From a virus, in IMG/VR virus record IMGVR_UViG_3300023049_000574, positions 32,001 to 96,000 of that record: 64,000 nucleotides of DNA; one strand, 5' to 3'. The first letter of the stretch is position 1, and each line of letters opens with the position of its first letter. The notes beneath the pieces are model-generated. The model did no database searches. It was not told where the DNA came from and worked only from the letters and a program-made list of their open reading frames with translations. Made by a program: the position numbers and the translations under genes. This document shows, piece after piece, positions 49,725-59,713 of this stretch.

Positions 49725-52700
49725 ATGAATAGTTTTACATTATTAAAAACAAATCCTAAATTAACTACGAACGTAAAGGTCATTTATAGTGATGATAAAG
49801 TGTATCTACAATCTTTTGAGGTATTACCCGAACTATCTGAGAGAAAGTATACTAAAAGGGTAGTAACACAAAACAGTGATATAAATAGTCAAATAGGTAA
49901 ATTTTGGCAGAATACACCAAAAGAGATAGCCTATTTCAATTTTGATGAATTAGATTTTGATGTTTCTTATAACACATATGATAAACAGATAGATGATACT
50001 TACATCAGTGGGGCATCTAGAATTAATAACTATGAAGAAGAGTTCGAATATTTCGCTCCTGTTCATATTTATAAAAATGATATACCTTGTAACTTTATTA
50101 TTTTCAGAGCAGACGGAGCAGGTGTACTTGATCTAAATACTCAAAACTTTAGACAAAATGTTCTTAATAAGATGAAGGTTGTTAGAAATTTTAATCTTAA
50201 ATCTGATAATAAGTTAGGTAAAATGATCACCAATACTTATTTAGGTAATGATGATTTACCAAATAGTGGGATATCGATTAACTTTAACCAAACGGAATTC
50301 ACATATTGGAATGGTATAGACTATGAAACAGGTGAATACACATCTAAGGGGAAGATATTAGATGATAACTTCGATAAAGAATTAACTTTCACACAGGGGT
50401 TTGATTTATTAACAGGAAATTTTGAAGAAGAGGGAGTAATATATCCTTTCATATTAAATATGAGCTTCTTATTCGATGATAAACCTGCTAGTCCTGAGGG
50501 TCTTAACACATGGTCAATAAATAGGTATTATGGATTTTATGGTGATCTAGAAAACGTAACAAGCATATCTCCTTATATGCCTCCTGCGTTAAAAGAAGGA
50601 CTTAAGTTAGATAGGAATAATATATTTACATTAAGTGGCGCAAGAGTTAACCCATTTAAAAGAGAATTTAAAGATGGTAAAACATATTATGTAGAATACA
50701 AAAATGATTTTTACTTAGTAGAGAAAATAGAAGATGGGTATAAAGTAATATCTGATGTGGCTTTACCTACGGATGTTGACAGTAACTTCAACTTAAACAC
50801 AATAACTTTCTTAGATAATAATGTAATTAAATACCAAAATGGGAATAATTATACATTAGATGAAGATTCTGACGTATTAATAATCGATATTGATGGTGTT
50901 TGTCATAGGTTTTTAAAAGATGGTGATAATTGGAGAGTTCTTTCAGATTATAAGTTTGAGATAAATAATAACATATTCAAATATTTTGTAAACAGAGGCG
51001 ACCCATCACAAACTACAATTCTTAATTTAAATGAGGTAACTAAAGACAATCCCCCAAAATCATTTAAGGTATGTAAATTTAATTTTAAGGAAGTAAAAAA
51101 CTTTGATCTAGATATATTAGATACGGAGTACTCTAAATTTGAATATGAGTTTAGTTCATTTATTACGAAGAGCGAAGAACCTAAGTTATATGAAGACGAT
51201 AACCTATTCAGTGGTTATGAAAAACCTATAGAAAAGTATATCTACAATAAAGAAGTTATCTCTATTCCTGTTGCTAATGAATATTTAGCTACTTCTGAAT
51301 TATTTGAATTGATCCAAAAAGGACAAAGACCAAATAAGTTTTGGGATAAGAATTCAGATATAGTAAAATGGGGTATAGAAAGTAGTGTGGGTAATAATGA
51401 TTATCCTTATATGTTTAATATAAACCAAAAGGGTGATGATTATAATAGAGTAGCTAACACAGATAATAGCATACCTAGTAGAGTAGACAGAAATTTAGAT
51501 TATTTCTATACATTAGCAAGTAGTGATTATAATTTTGGATACAATAATAATGTAATACATCAATCATTATCTATTATTAATGAAAACGATTTTAAAATAG
51601 ATAAATATTTTAACAGGAACTATGCTTCTAATTACTTTGATGAAATATTCTCAGGAGAGGAAACATATAATAATGTTATATCTAAGAGTAAGAAATTTTC
51701 TAACTTCTTACCTAGTGAGGAAAGTAACCCTAATAAAACTTGGTTTAAAGGATTAGAGTTTAGTATTTATAACGTAGATCAAATAGAAAAAGATAATAAT
51801 ACTATATTAAAGATGAATGTAAGTTCTTCTAATAGTTTCGAAAACTATAAGTTTTCTGTGTTATTATCCGCTAGATCAAATAATATAGAAAATGATTTTG
51901 CGCCAACAAATACATCCTCGAATTGGGTATTGATAAGAAATTGGGAAAGGAATACGACTTATTTCACAGGTAGTATAGTTCTATTTGATGGAACTAAATT
52001 TAAAGACAGTGATGGTCAGTATGGATTTCCAGGATATGTAGGAACAAGCTCTACTACGGGAACAGTAGATCCACAAGAATATGTTTACCCTAATGGTGAA
52101 ACAGAAACTTTAACAATAGACAGTGAAACATATGCGTTAACAGAAATATCACCAACAGGACCGAACAACGGTAATGCTGAACTCTTTATATGTACAGCTA
52201 CTACCTCGGTAATAAGTCCATTTGGAAACCCTGTTGATAGTACGGATTGGACAATATATCCACCTATTAGTTATAGATCTATTTATTATAGAAAAAATAC
52301 ATCATATTTGGCATTTGATTCATCTATTACTTATAATAGTTTAATAGATAGACCTGCCCTTAATTTTAACTATTTATCTTATTTCGTTTTATATAAAGGA
52401 CAATATTATAAAAGCGTTAGGGAACAAGGAAGCGCAGATAATATAACACCCGAAACAGTAGTTATAAGTGAATTAGACGGAAACCAAATAGTATATTGGG
52501 AGCAGGTAGAACAATATAATACGACTAAGAACTATATAGAAAATGAGATCGTTAGTTTAGATAGAGATTTATATTATTTTGATTCCGATACAGAGGAACT
52601 ATCATTAATATTTACTCTAAAACCATCGGTTGATACTTTATATAGTAGATATAATGTAGTAAGATTCAATGATGATTATTACACTAATTTAATAGATGGG

Positions 52701-53468
52701 TCAGTATTGGATAATGGTGTGAATATATATATCAACAAAAAGTGGAAAAACATTTTAATTAATCCATATTTTAATGATATCATAAATCCATTTAACACAA
52801 ACAGAGAACTTTTATATACACCCGAATTGCAACAATTGACTGCTTCTAATATGATAGAGATAATCAACAGTATTAATCTAAAGAACGGATTTGTGAAAAA
52901 TTTAGCGTATTATGTAATTGAAGAAGACGGAAGTTTTAACAAATATGATATCAATAATATTGAAGAAATTCCTTATATCCTGCAGGTTGAAGGACCTACC
53001 GAGAGAGAAATATATTCTCATAGTTTAATTAAAAAGGGGTTAAATGTTAACCGTGATGTATTTAATATAGATAATGTTTTAGAAAATAACAATATAGAAA
53101 TTTTAAATCAGATCAATTACTATAATGGTCAGCCATTAGCTTATAAGTTTGAGAATAGAAACGGTCTTACTTTTGAAGATAGAACAAGTATCATATATAG
53201 GTTTGGTGGTGAGTATAATCCTATATTTAGTAATATATCTTTATTTGAATCCGATGGAGATAATAATTATAAATTCAACGAGAACCTAAGGGGTTTCGGT
53301 GAGATAAAAGAAATGATGAAATCTAAAGTTAATGAGAATGATATACTAATAAACAAAAAGGGATATAGCTCTATTTACCCACAGATAGATGAAATTGGAT
53401 ATTTTGTAGATAGACATAACATCTTTAAGAGTACTTGGGATAAGAGTTATTATAAAAAAACTATATAA
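49725..53468 (+). CDS. Large putative virion structural protein (1247 aa)
   Basis: LLKTNPKLTTNVK N-terminus; beta-rich; operon with previous gene. Confidence 0.55.
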   Translation: MNSFTLLKTNPKLTTNVKVIYSDDKVYLQSFEVLPELSERKYTKRVVTQNSDINSQIGKFWQNTPKEIAYFNFDELDFDVSYNTYDKQIDDTYISGASRINNYEEEFEYFAPVHIYKNDIPCNFIIFRADGAGVLDLNTQNFRQNVLNKMKVVRNFNLKSDNKLGKMITNTYLGNDDLPNSGISINFNQTEFTYWNGIDYETGEYTSKGKILDDNFDKELTFTQGFDLLTGNFEEEGVIYPFILNMSFLFDDKPASPEGLNTWSINRYYGFYGDLENVTSISPYMPPALKEGLKLDRNNIFTLSGARVNPFKREFKDGKTYYVEYKNDFYLVEKIEDGYKVISDVALPTDVDSNFNLNTITFLDNNVIKYQNGNNYTLDEDSDVLIIDIDGVCHRFLKDGDNWRVLSDYKFEINNNIFKYFVNRGDPSQTTILNLNEVTKDNPPKSFKVCKFNFKEVKNFDLDILDTEYSKFEYEFSSFITKSEEPKLYEDDNLFSGYEKPIEKYIYNKEVISIPVANEYLATSELFELIQKGQRPNKFWDKNSDIVKWGIESSVGNNDYPYMFNINQKGDDYNRVANTDNSIPSRVDRNLDYFYTLASSDYNFGYNNNVIHQSLSIINENDFKIDKYFNRNYASNYFDEIFSGEETYNNVISKSKKFSNFLPSEESNPNKTWFKGLEFSIYNVDQIEKDNNTILKMNVSSSNSFENYKFSVLLSARSNNIENDFAPTNTSSNWVLIRNWERNTTYFTGSIVLFDGTKFKDSDGQYGFPGYVGTSSTTGTVDPQEYVYPNGETETLTIDSETYALTEISPTGPNNGNAELFICTATTSVISPFGNPVDSTDWTIYPPISYRSIYYRKNTSYLAFDSSITYNSLIDRPALNFNYLSYFVLYKGQYYKSVREQGSADNITPETVVISELDGNQIVYWEQVEQYNTTKNYIENEIVSLDRDLYYFDSDTEELSLIFTLKPSVDTLYSRYNVVRFNDDYYTNLIDGSVLDNGVNIYINKKWKNILINPYFNDIINPFNTNRELLYTPELQQLTASNMIEIINSINLKNGFVKNLAYYVIEEDGSFNKYDINNIEEIPYILQVEGPTEREIYSHSLIKKGLNVNRDVFNIDNVLENNNIEILNQINYYNGQPLAYKFENRNGLTFEDRTSIIYRFGGEYNPIFSNISLFESDGDNNYKFNENLRGFGEIKEMMKSKVNENDILINKKGYSSIYPQIDEIGYFVDRHNIFKSTWDKSYYKKTI

Positions 53469-53471
53469 TAC

Positions 53472-54161
53472 ATGAGAAGAAGCGGAATATCACCTGAATA
53501 CAGATATATAAACACAGCAGGAACTTTTAATATGATAGAACAAAAAAGTTTCATGGGATCTAAGTTAATGACAGCAGAGAACCCTATAGCTATAACTGAT
53601 CAGGATATAGTATATTATCAACAACTGAATGGTGAGCAATTAAACTTGAATCAAGAAATAAACATCAGTAAGATTATATTTTCTAGTTTAACAGAAAAGG
53701 CAAACAATCATCAAATAAATTTAGATGCTACTCAAACTGAAACTGATCAGAACGGAAGAACTAAGTGGATCATAAATATAAATTTAGTTGAGATACTAAG
53801 ATCATATATGTTTACTAGAATAAAAGAGAAAAGATCTTTTGGTGGTATATTAAGTGAGGAAACTTCTTTCAAATCCATAGATGATTCTATCAGACAATAC
53901 TTAAATAATAATATAATAGGTTTATATGATTTCAAAAACATGGATCTTTACATAGAGTACTTACCATTATCAGAAGAAGAAAGAAAGAGATATGAGGTGA
54001 GTTATGATCGAAAGGTTAAAGAAGATGGAAGCAAATCAAGTAAGTTCAGTTTATCCTTTAGTAAAGATCGATCATATGTGCAAGTATTCTTCACACAAGA
54101 AAAGAACAGTAAAGATTTTACTTTCAACTATTACTTTGATTTATACTACGAGCAAAAATAA
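53472..54161 (+). CDS. Hypothetical protein, probably structural
   Basis: Operon context. Confidence 0.6.
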   Translation: MRRSGISPEYRYINTAGTFNMIEQKSFMGSKLMTAENPIAITDQDIVYYQQLNGEQLNLNQEINISKIIFSSLTEKANNHQINLDATQTETDQNGRTKWIININLVEILRSYMFTRIKEKRSFGGILSEETSFKSIDDSIRQYLNNNIIGLYDFKNMDLYIEYLPLSEEERKRYEVSYDRKVKEDGSKSSKFSLSFSKDRSYVQVFFTQEKNSKDFTFNYYFDLYYEQK

Positions 54162-54163
54162 TA

Positions 54164-54535
54164 ATGAATATGAGCTACGATAAGTTTCAGAACAATTTAA
54201 TCAGGCTTTTCAAAATATTTGAGAAAAGACCTAACCATTTAAGTCAATTTCTAATTGAAAACGATGCTTTTAATGAAGACTTCAAAAAGAATGTTATCAA
54301 AAGCGAAAACCTTAATTCGATCAATGAGTTATCTGAATCACTTATTGATTTCTCTGACTTTGATGAAATGAATGAATTTTTAAATGACCTTATTAAAAAC
54401 CATAAGAAAAATAAAATAGTGTCTGAAAGCAAGATGAACAAAGAGTTATTTAAATTAATTTCAGAAGAAAAATTCGAAGATGCTGCCGCTTTGAGAGATT
54501 ATATGAAAAAAAATCAAATAAAAATTAAACTTTAA
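54164..54535 (+). CDS. Protein with C-terminal UVR (UvrB/UvrC) motif
   Basis: LFKLISEEKFEDAAALRDYM. Confidence 0.7.
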   Translation: MNMSYDKFQNNLIRLFKIFEKRPNHLSQFLIENDAFNEDFKKNVIKSENLNSINELSESLIDFSDFDEMNEFLNDLIKNHKKNKIVSESKMNKELFKLISEEKFEDAAALRDYMKKNQIKIKL

Positions 54536-54579
54536 TCTAATCTCATATATAACAATTGAACATTTAAATTAATAAATAT

Positions 54580-55668
54580 ATGAGTAAAAAAATAAGCCCA
54601 ATCGGTGATCCAACTCTAACCGATGTATTCGAAGAGGAATTACCTATCGAACAACGTGATAAAGAACAATATGATCTTATCATGCAACACACAAATTTCC
54701 CTAAGCCTAACAGTGTAATGACTGCACAATTTTTAGGAAAGGACGAAACGCATTATTTACTTAATGCAAACTTAAAGGATGTAATCCGAGTTCCTGTTAA
54801 CAGAAGTGAAAAGAAAATATTCTCTACCCTAGCGGAAGGATCTGATATCGATGTACTAGTTACAGGTATTTCAGATGATACCAATGAATATTCTATTAAC
54901 GGAAGTGTTAGTCAGATTTACCAAGAAAAAGCATTCCAAATCCTCAGAAACATAAATGATGATGAGTATGTAAGCGTTAATATCTTAGAACTTACTCCTG
55001 GTGGGTACAGATGTGAGATCAACATGGAAAACTGCTTACTCGATGCGTTCTTACCACAGTTCTTAGCAGATGTGAATAAAATAAGAGACGAAGCTAAAGA
55101 TAATTTAGTAGGGAACACTTATAACATATGTATCGAAAGTTATTCAAGAGATAAGAGAACTTGGATTGTATCAAGAAGAAAATACTTGAAGCAACTTATT
55201 CCTTCTCACTTAAACGATCTCGATAAAGAAACTAACTATACAGGTCATGTTACAGGAACAGCACCATTTGGTATTTTTGTTCAATTTAACGAGTGTTTAA
55301 CAGGATTGATTCATAGCTCTAACCTTAATGATGATGTATTAGGAGAATTCGAAAACGGAAACATTAAAGCGGGTGATGAAATCACATTCAAAGTAAAAGA
55401 TAAGTTGAATAAAAACAAGATTATCTTAACACAAAAATCAACAGTTTCTTTTTGGGATACCATTGAGATAAACCAAGAAGTAGAGGCAGTGATCAAAGAT
55501 CATAAACCTTTTGGGACTCTTGTGAATTTGGATAACGAAACCCTTGGGTTAGTTTATAAAAACGAACAAAGTGAACAAGTGTTAAGCCTGAAAAAAGGAG
55601 ATCCTATTAACGTCAAGATCATAAAATTTAATCGAGATAAAAGAGATATATTTTTATCAGTTATATAA
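54580..55668 (+). CDS. rpsA: Ribosomal protein bS1-like (multiple S1 domains)
   Basis: AFLPQ, IVSRRKYL, YTGHVTGTAPFGIFVQF..LTGLIHSS, KPFGTLV. Confidence 0.8.
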   Translation: MSKKISPIGDPTLTDVFEEELPIEQRDKEQYDLIMQHTNFPKPNSVMTAQFLGKDETHYLLNANLKDVIRVPVNRSEKKIFSTLAEGSDIDVLVTGISDDTNEYSINGSVSQIYQEKAFQILRNINDDEYVSVNILELTPGGYRCEINMENCLLDAFLPQFLADVNKIRDEAKDNLVGNTYNICIESYSRDKRTWIVSRRKYLKQLIPSHLNDLDKETNYTGHVTGTAPFGIFVQFNECLTGLIHSSNLNDDVLGEFENGNIKAGDEITFKVKDKLNKNKIILTQKSTVSFWDTIEINQEVEAVIKDHKPFGTLVNLDNETLGLVYKNEQSEQVLSLKKGDPINVKIIKFNRDKRDIFLSVI

Positions 55669-55671
55669 AAC

Positions 55672-55710
55672 AAAAAAAAAGAGAGAAGCGTATGTTTCTC
55701 TCTTTTTTTT
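55672..55710. terminator. Bidirectional rho-independent terminator
   Basis: A9-gagagaagc-gtat-gtttctctc-T8. Confidence 0.85.
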
Positions 55711-55726
55711 AATTAATTTCACACCT

Positions 55727-55957
55727 ATGGACAATAACGATTTAATTAAGAAGATAAACGATCTACAAGAACGTCCTTTTATCCCATTCGAAGGAATGGA
55801 AGATAGTGTTTTCATGAAAGAAGGTATGCCTATACATCCATTAACTTGTGGTAACGATAGTAGACATAAAGTTCTTAGAGCTACCGAAGAAAACGGAAAA
55901 GTGATATTAGTGTGTGATGATTGTGACTATAAACAAAGTTATATACCTAATTTCTAA
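55727..55957 (+). CDS. Small putative Zn-binding protein
   Basis: HPLTCGNDSRH ... CDDCDY. Confidence 0.6.
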   Translation: MDNNDLIKKINDLQERPFIPFEGMEDSVFMKEGMPIHPLTCGNDSRHKVLRATEENGKVILVCDDCDYKQSYIPNF

Positions 55958-55959
55958 TC

Positions 55960-56544
55960 TCAATTCTTAGAAAGTTTATCTAATATTCTCTTTTCATACT
56001 CACTAAGAGATTTCATACCAAACTTACTGATCTTATCTAAGATATCGTCTAATGTCATAGAATCTACTTCTTCTTTATCCACCTCTTCTAAAAGTTTAGG
56101 ACTCATTAAACTATATAACTCATTATTTTCTATATCATTAGGGATACTATCAATCACTTCTTTAATGTTATAGTGATTCTGCTCATACCTCATTATCGGG
56201 CATAATAAGAACGCAAAATCCTCTTCTATTAAAGGTGGTATAAAATCATCAACAATTTCTCCCCTGATATATTTATCATATTTTATATAAACTTCTACTA
56301 TTACCCTAGATAGCTCGTAGTCTAATCGGTCATCGTATTTCATTTTATATTTAGTATCCTCTATTATTTGGTCTTCCTCATCTTCTATTACGGGATATGT
56401 TCCCCAAGTATAGAAGAAATATAATTCTTCTTCATCTAATTTTTCATTAGCATAAGATTCAAGATCTTTTAGAAACCTTTCAGTTATATCAGGGAAATCA
56501 AGTTTGAATTCTTCGTATGACACAAGTATTTCTTTCATAATCAA
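55960..56544 (-). CDS. Acidic protein with DUF6576-like C-terminal tail
   Basis: LDDILDKISKFGMKSLSEYEKRIL. Confidence 0.7.
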   Translation of the reverse strand: MIMKEILVSYEEFKLDFPDITERFLKDLESYANEKLDEEELYFFYTWGTYPVIEDEEDQIIEDTKYKMKYDDRLDYELSRVIVEVYIKYDKYIRGEIVDDFIPPLIEEDFAFLLCPIMRYEQNHYNIKEVIDSIPNDIENNELYSLMSPKLLEEVDKEEVDSMTLDDILDKISKFGMKSLSEYEKRILDKLSKN

Positions 56545-56621
56545 CTAAGTCATTTATTTTATATATTAGAAAATTCTGTACCTATATGAAAAAATCAGTA
56601 TATTTGTATAAAAATAATTAC

Positions 56622-57197
56622 ATGAACATATTGAACAAAAAATCATTCAAGATACTTTTGATCATAAACAGTATCGTATTCTCAGCACAGATGCTTATTC
56701 CTTACACGAATTATGTTGTGCCATTATACCCTATGGGAACAGATAAATTCCTTGTTACTCAGTATCTTACGTCAATATTTTCACATGCTAATCTAATCCA
56801 TTTTGCTTTTAATATGCTAGGATTATATTTCATAATTAAGATGCTCGAACCTGCCTTTACGTGGAAAAAGGTTATTTTATATTACTTAATAACAGGATTG
56901 GCTTCTTCTGTTGTGTATCATCTAATTGGATCACCTGATAAAGCATTAGTTGGGGCAAGCGGTGCATTATATGGATTACTTACCATACTAGCATTTTCTT
57001 TACCTAATATTAGGGTGTATTTGTTTTTTATACCTATTCCGATTAAGTTAAAAAACATATTTTATGCATATATAGCAATTGAATTATTTTTGTTCCTTAC
57101 TATACAATCAGCAGATGGGGTGGCTCATATTGTTCACTTATTGGGAGCATTTTTTGGATATGTAACATTTTTACTAAACAAAAGAGGGATTATTTAA
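56622..57197 (+). CDS. Rhomboid intramembrane serine protease
   Basis: FSHAN..HFAFNM, GASG, AHIVHLLG; likely start 56622 after host-type promoter. Confidence 0.92.
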   Translation: MNILNKKSFKILLIINSIVFSAQMLIPYTNYVVPLYPMGTDKFLVTQYLTSIFSHANLIHFAFNMLGLYFIIKMLEPAFTWKKVILYYLITGLASSVVYHLIGSPDKALVGASGALYGLLTILAFSLPNIRVYLFFIPIPIKLKNIFYAYIAIELFLFLTIQSADGVAHIVHLLGAFFGYVTFLLNKRGII

Positions 57198-57207
57198 TAT
57201 ATTTAGT

Positions 57208-57732
57208 ATGGATATTTTTCATTTCATATTAGGTGTAATATTTGGCGCATCCGCAGTAATTGTTGGGATTTCTATTAATGTACATAGGTCAGAATATAAG
57301 AAATATGTGCTACCTTTTAAAAAATTAATCGGTGAGCATATATCTAGTTTTACATTCAACACGAGAGTAGCAAATTTAGTTTACTTCAACCATAAAGATT
57401 ATACGGTTGTTCTAAACCTTAAAGAAAAAGAAGTTTACTTATACCAAGATACTACTATTATCGCAACTACTTTCAAAGAGAACACACAAGAAGTGAAGCA
57501 TCTATATACTTTATTAGAAACAGCATACCACGCAGATATTTATCTTAAGATTATTACAGCATCAAATGGTGTAGTAATGTCACAACCCAAGGAAACAGAT
57601 GTTAGTAAGAAAGAGAAAGAACATGTTCATACACCAAGCGTTGATGATATTTTAGATAAGATCAGCAAAGATGGGATGGATAGCTTATCTGAAATAGAAT
57701 TAGAGATCCTTAAAAATAATAGTGATGATTAA
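57208..57732 (+). CDS. Membrane-anchored protein with DUF6576-like tail
   Basis: N-terminal TM helix; VDDILDKISKDGMDSLSEIELEIL. Confidence 0.7.
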   Translation: MDIFHFILGVIFGASAVIVGISINVHRSEYKKYVLPFKKLIGEHISSFTFNTRVANLVYFNHKDYTVVLNLKEKEVYLYQDTTIIATTFKENTQEVKHLYTLLETAYHADIYLKIITASNGVVMSQPKETDVSKKEKEHVHTPSVDDILDKISKDGMDSLSEIELEILKNNSDD

Positions 57733-58541
57733 TCTATAAAAGATTTAATTGCTTTAGCATCTTTTTTACTATAAAAAACACCTATATATCCAATTAATTG
57801 ACTATTATCATACATAGGGTTTATACTAAGATATACCTCTGTATTTCTCATATCGTTTCTATTTAGTTTTACTTTTTGCATAATATTTAAATTGTCTTCT
57901 GAGAATAGATTTTTCTTAGGGAACACATCATAAATGTGTCTTCTCATTATTTCCCCCCTAGTGTACCCGCTTAATTCTTCTGAGCGTTTGTTGAATTCTA
58001 CGATTTTTCCGTATTTATTAACACAAACCATACCTCCTGGGTAATTGTCCAATACTACGTTTTTATATCTAATAGTATCTCTAACCTGAGCGTTTAGTTG
58101 AACTTCTTTGGTTATATCTTCTCCGAATAAAAGATAAAGTTCTTCGTCCTCTAAATACATACCGTGCCATTTAATAGTATATGATTCACCGTGGGTAGAT
58201 ACAATTCTTGATACCATTGATCTTTCTTCCTTCTTTAATATTTCGATATATTGTTTAAAGTCATCAACATCATCAGGATGTATATCTCTTGTTAATAGAC
58301 CATTTATTAAGCTAGTGTGTGAAAGGTTTAATTTTTTCTTTAATAAGTAGTTGTACTTTTTAACACGTGTGTCTTCGTCTATTAATGTGTATATGAATGG
58401 ACACTTATCGAAATATTTCTGTAAGCTTTTAAGATCTTTAGTAGTTTGTAAATTTTTTTCTTTCAAAAAGGAGGACATGTTGCTTATTTCTTTTACTAGT
58501 TCCTCATCACTGTATTTTTTTGATTTATTAAAAATTCCCAC
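57729..58541 (-). CDS. Tandem PAS-domain protein without output domain
   Basis: IHPDD, GEDIT, VNKYGKIVEFNKRSEELSGYTRGEIM. Confidence 0.8.
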   Translation of the reverse strand: MGIFNKSKKYSDEELVKEISNMSSFLKEKNLQTTKDLKSLQKYFDKCPFIYTLIDEDTRVKKYNYLLKKKLNLSHTSLINGLLTRDIHPDDVDDFKQYIEILKKEERSMVSRIVSTHGESYTIKWHGMYLEDEELYLLFGEDITKEVQLNAQVRDTIRYKNVVLDNYPGGMVCVNKYGKIVEFNKRSEELSGYTRGEIMRRHIYDVFPKKNLFSEDNLNIMQKVKLNRNDMRNTEVYLSINPMYDNSQLIGYIGVFYSKKDAKAIKSFID

Positions 58542-58600
58542 GTTGTTTATTATTTTAATTTATATATTAAAAGTAAAAGTTCATTTTTAATATATAGGGT

Positions 58601-59353
58601 ATGAGAAAGATACTAGAATTCGAAGAAAAGGACTTAAAACCCACAAATAGCTTTAAATTAAACGATACTTTAAATCCCGATTTATGGGAAGACATGAATC
58701 TGAAACAAGAAGTCAGAGAAAAATTAATCGAAATAGCTAATGAGTTTATATCAATGATACACGGAGAATTCTCAGTAAGTGATATTTATTTCACAGGATC
58801 TTTAGCTTCTTATAATTGGAGTGAGTATTCAGACGTAGATATTCATGTAAAGATTGATTTCAGTGAGATTAATGATGATACCGAATTAGTAGAAGAATAT
58901 TTGAAACTAGTAGCAAAGAAATTCAATAATGGTTATGACATTTCAATATATAAATATGATGTTGAAATATATTTAGAAGATGTTTCTGAAGAAAGGGAAC
59001 ACGTGAATGGATTATATAGTATTTTAAATGATAAGTGGGTAAAGAAAGCTTCGCCATTTGATCGTGAGATAGATGTTAAATTAGTTGAGGAAAAAGCGAT
59101 CAATTTAATGGAACAAATTGATGAACTCTTAGATAAAGATGAAAAGAATGAAATCGAGAAGGAAGAACTAATCGAAGAGATCAATAAGATTTGGCTTAAA
59201 ATAAAAAAGTCTAGAAAAGATGGGATCAGTTCCCCTGACGGTGATCTATCTATTGGTAATCTAGTATTTAAATATCTTAGAAGAAATGAATATATTTCTA
59301 AGATCATAGGAGTCAAAAAGGAAGTAGTAGAAGCTAAGTATAGCTTAGACTAA
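58601..59353 (+). CDS. Pol-beta superfamily nucleotidyltransferase, CTS-like N-terminus
   Basis: FTGSLASYNWSEYSDVDIH, DVEIY, NLVFKYLRR. Confidence 0.8.
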   Translation: MRKILEFEEKDLKPTNSFKLNDTLNPDLWEDMNLKQEVREKLIEIANEFISMIHGEFSVSDIYFTGSLASYNWSEYSDVDIHVKIDFSEINDDTELVEEYLKLVAKKFNNGYDISIYKYDVEIYLEDVSEEREHVNGLYSILNDKWVKKASPFDREIDVKLVEEKAINLMEQIDELLDKDEKNEIEKEELIEEINKIWLKIKKSRKDGISSPDGDLSIGNLVFKYLRRNEYISKIIGVKKEVVEAKYSLD

Positions 59354-59713
59354 TTCGTTTAACTTTTTATCTCTAATAAGCTGTTTTAAATTATCACCAT
59401 TTTTTATACCAAGATCAGCATATCTATTTTTAACAATACGTATTTTATTATCTATAATTCTAATAAAAAGAGTAGCACCATATAACAACTCTAAGCCACC
59501 ACGGTCTATTATACGCTCTTCGGTTTGATATATAGTTGTATAAAAAAGGGTATTATCATCGCTTCTAACTTCTTTTGTGGTAGTCCGCATTGTAGTTTCG
59601 ATATCAACTACATTGTCAATATTAAACCGATGGAAAAGGTATCTGATGTTTTCTATCATATTCTCTTCTTTATAAGAATCATCATTTGTTGATATAACTA
59701 TTTTATTCGGCAT
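59345..59713 (-). CDS. Hypothetical protein with C-terminal tag (IRDKKLNELV)
   Basis: Motif at end; IVKNRY. Confidence 0.65.
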   Translation of the reverse strand: MPNKIVISTNDDSYKEENMIENIRYLFHRFNIDNVVDIETTMRTTTKEVRSDDNTLFYTTIYQTEERIIDRGGLELLYGATLFIRIIDNKIRIVKNRYADLGIKNGDNLKQLIRDKKLNELV

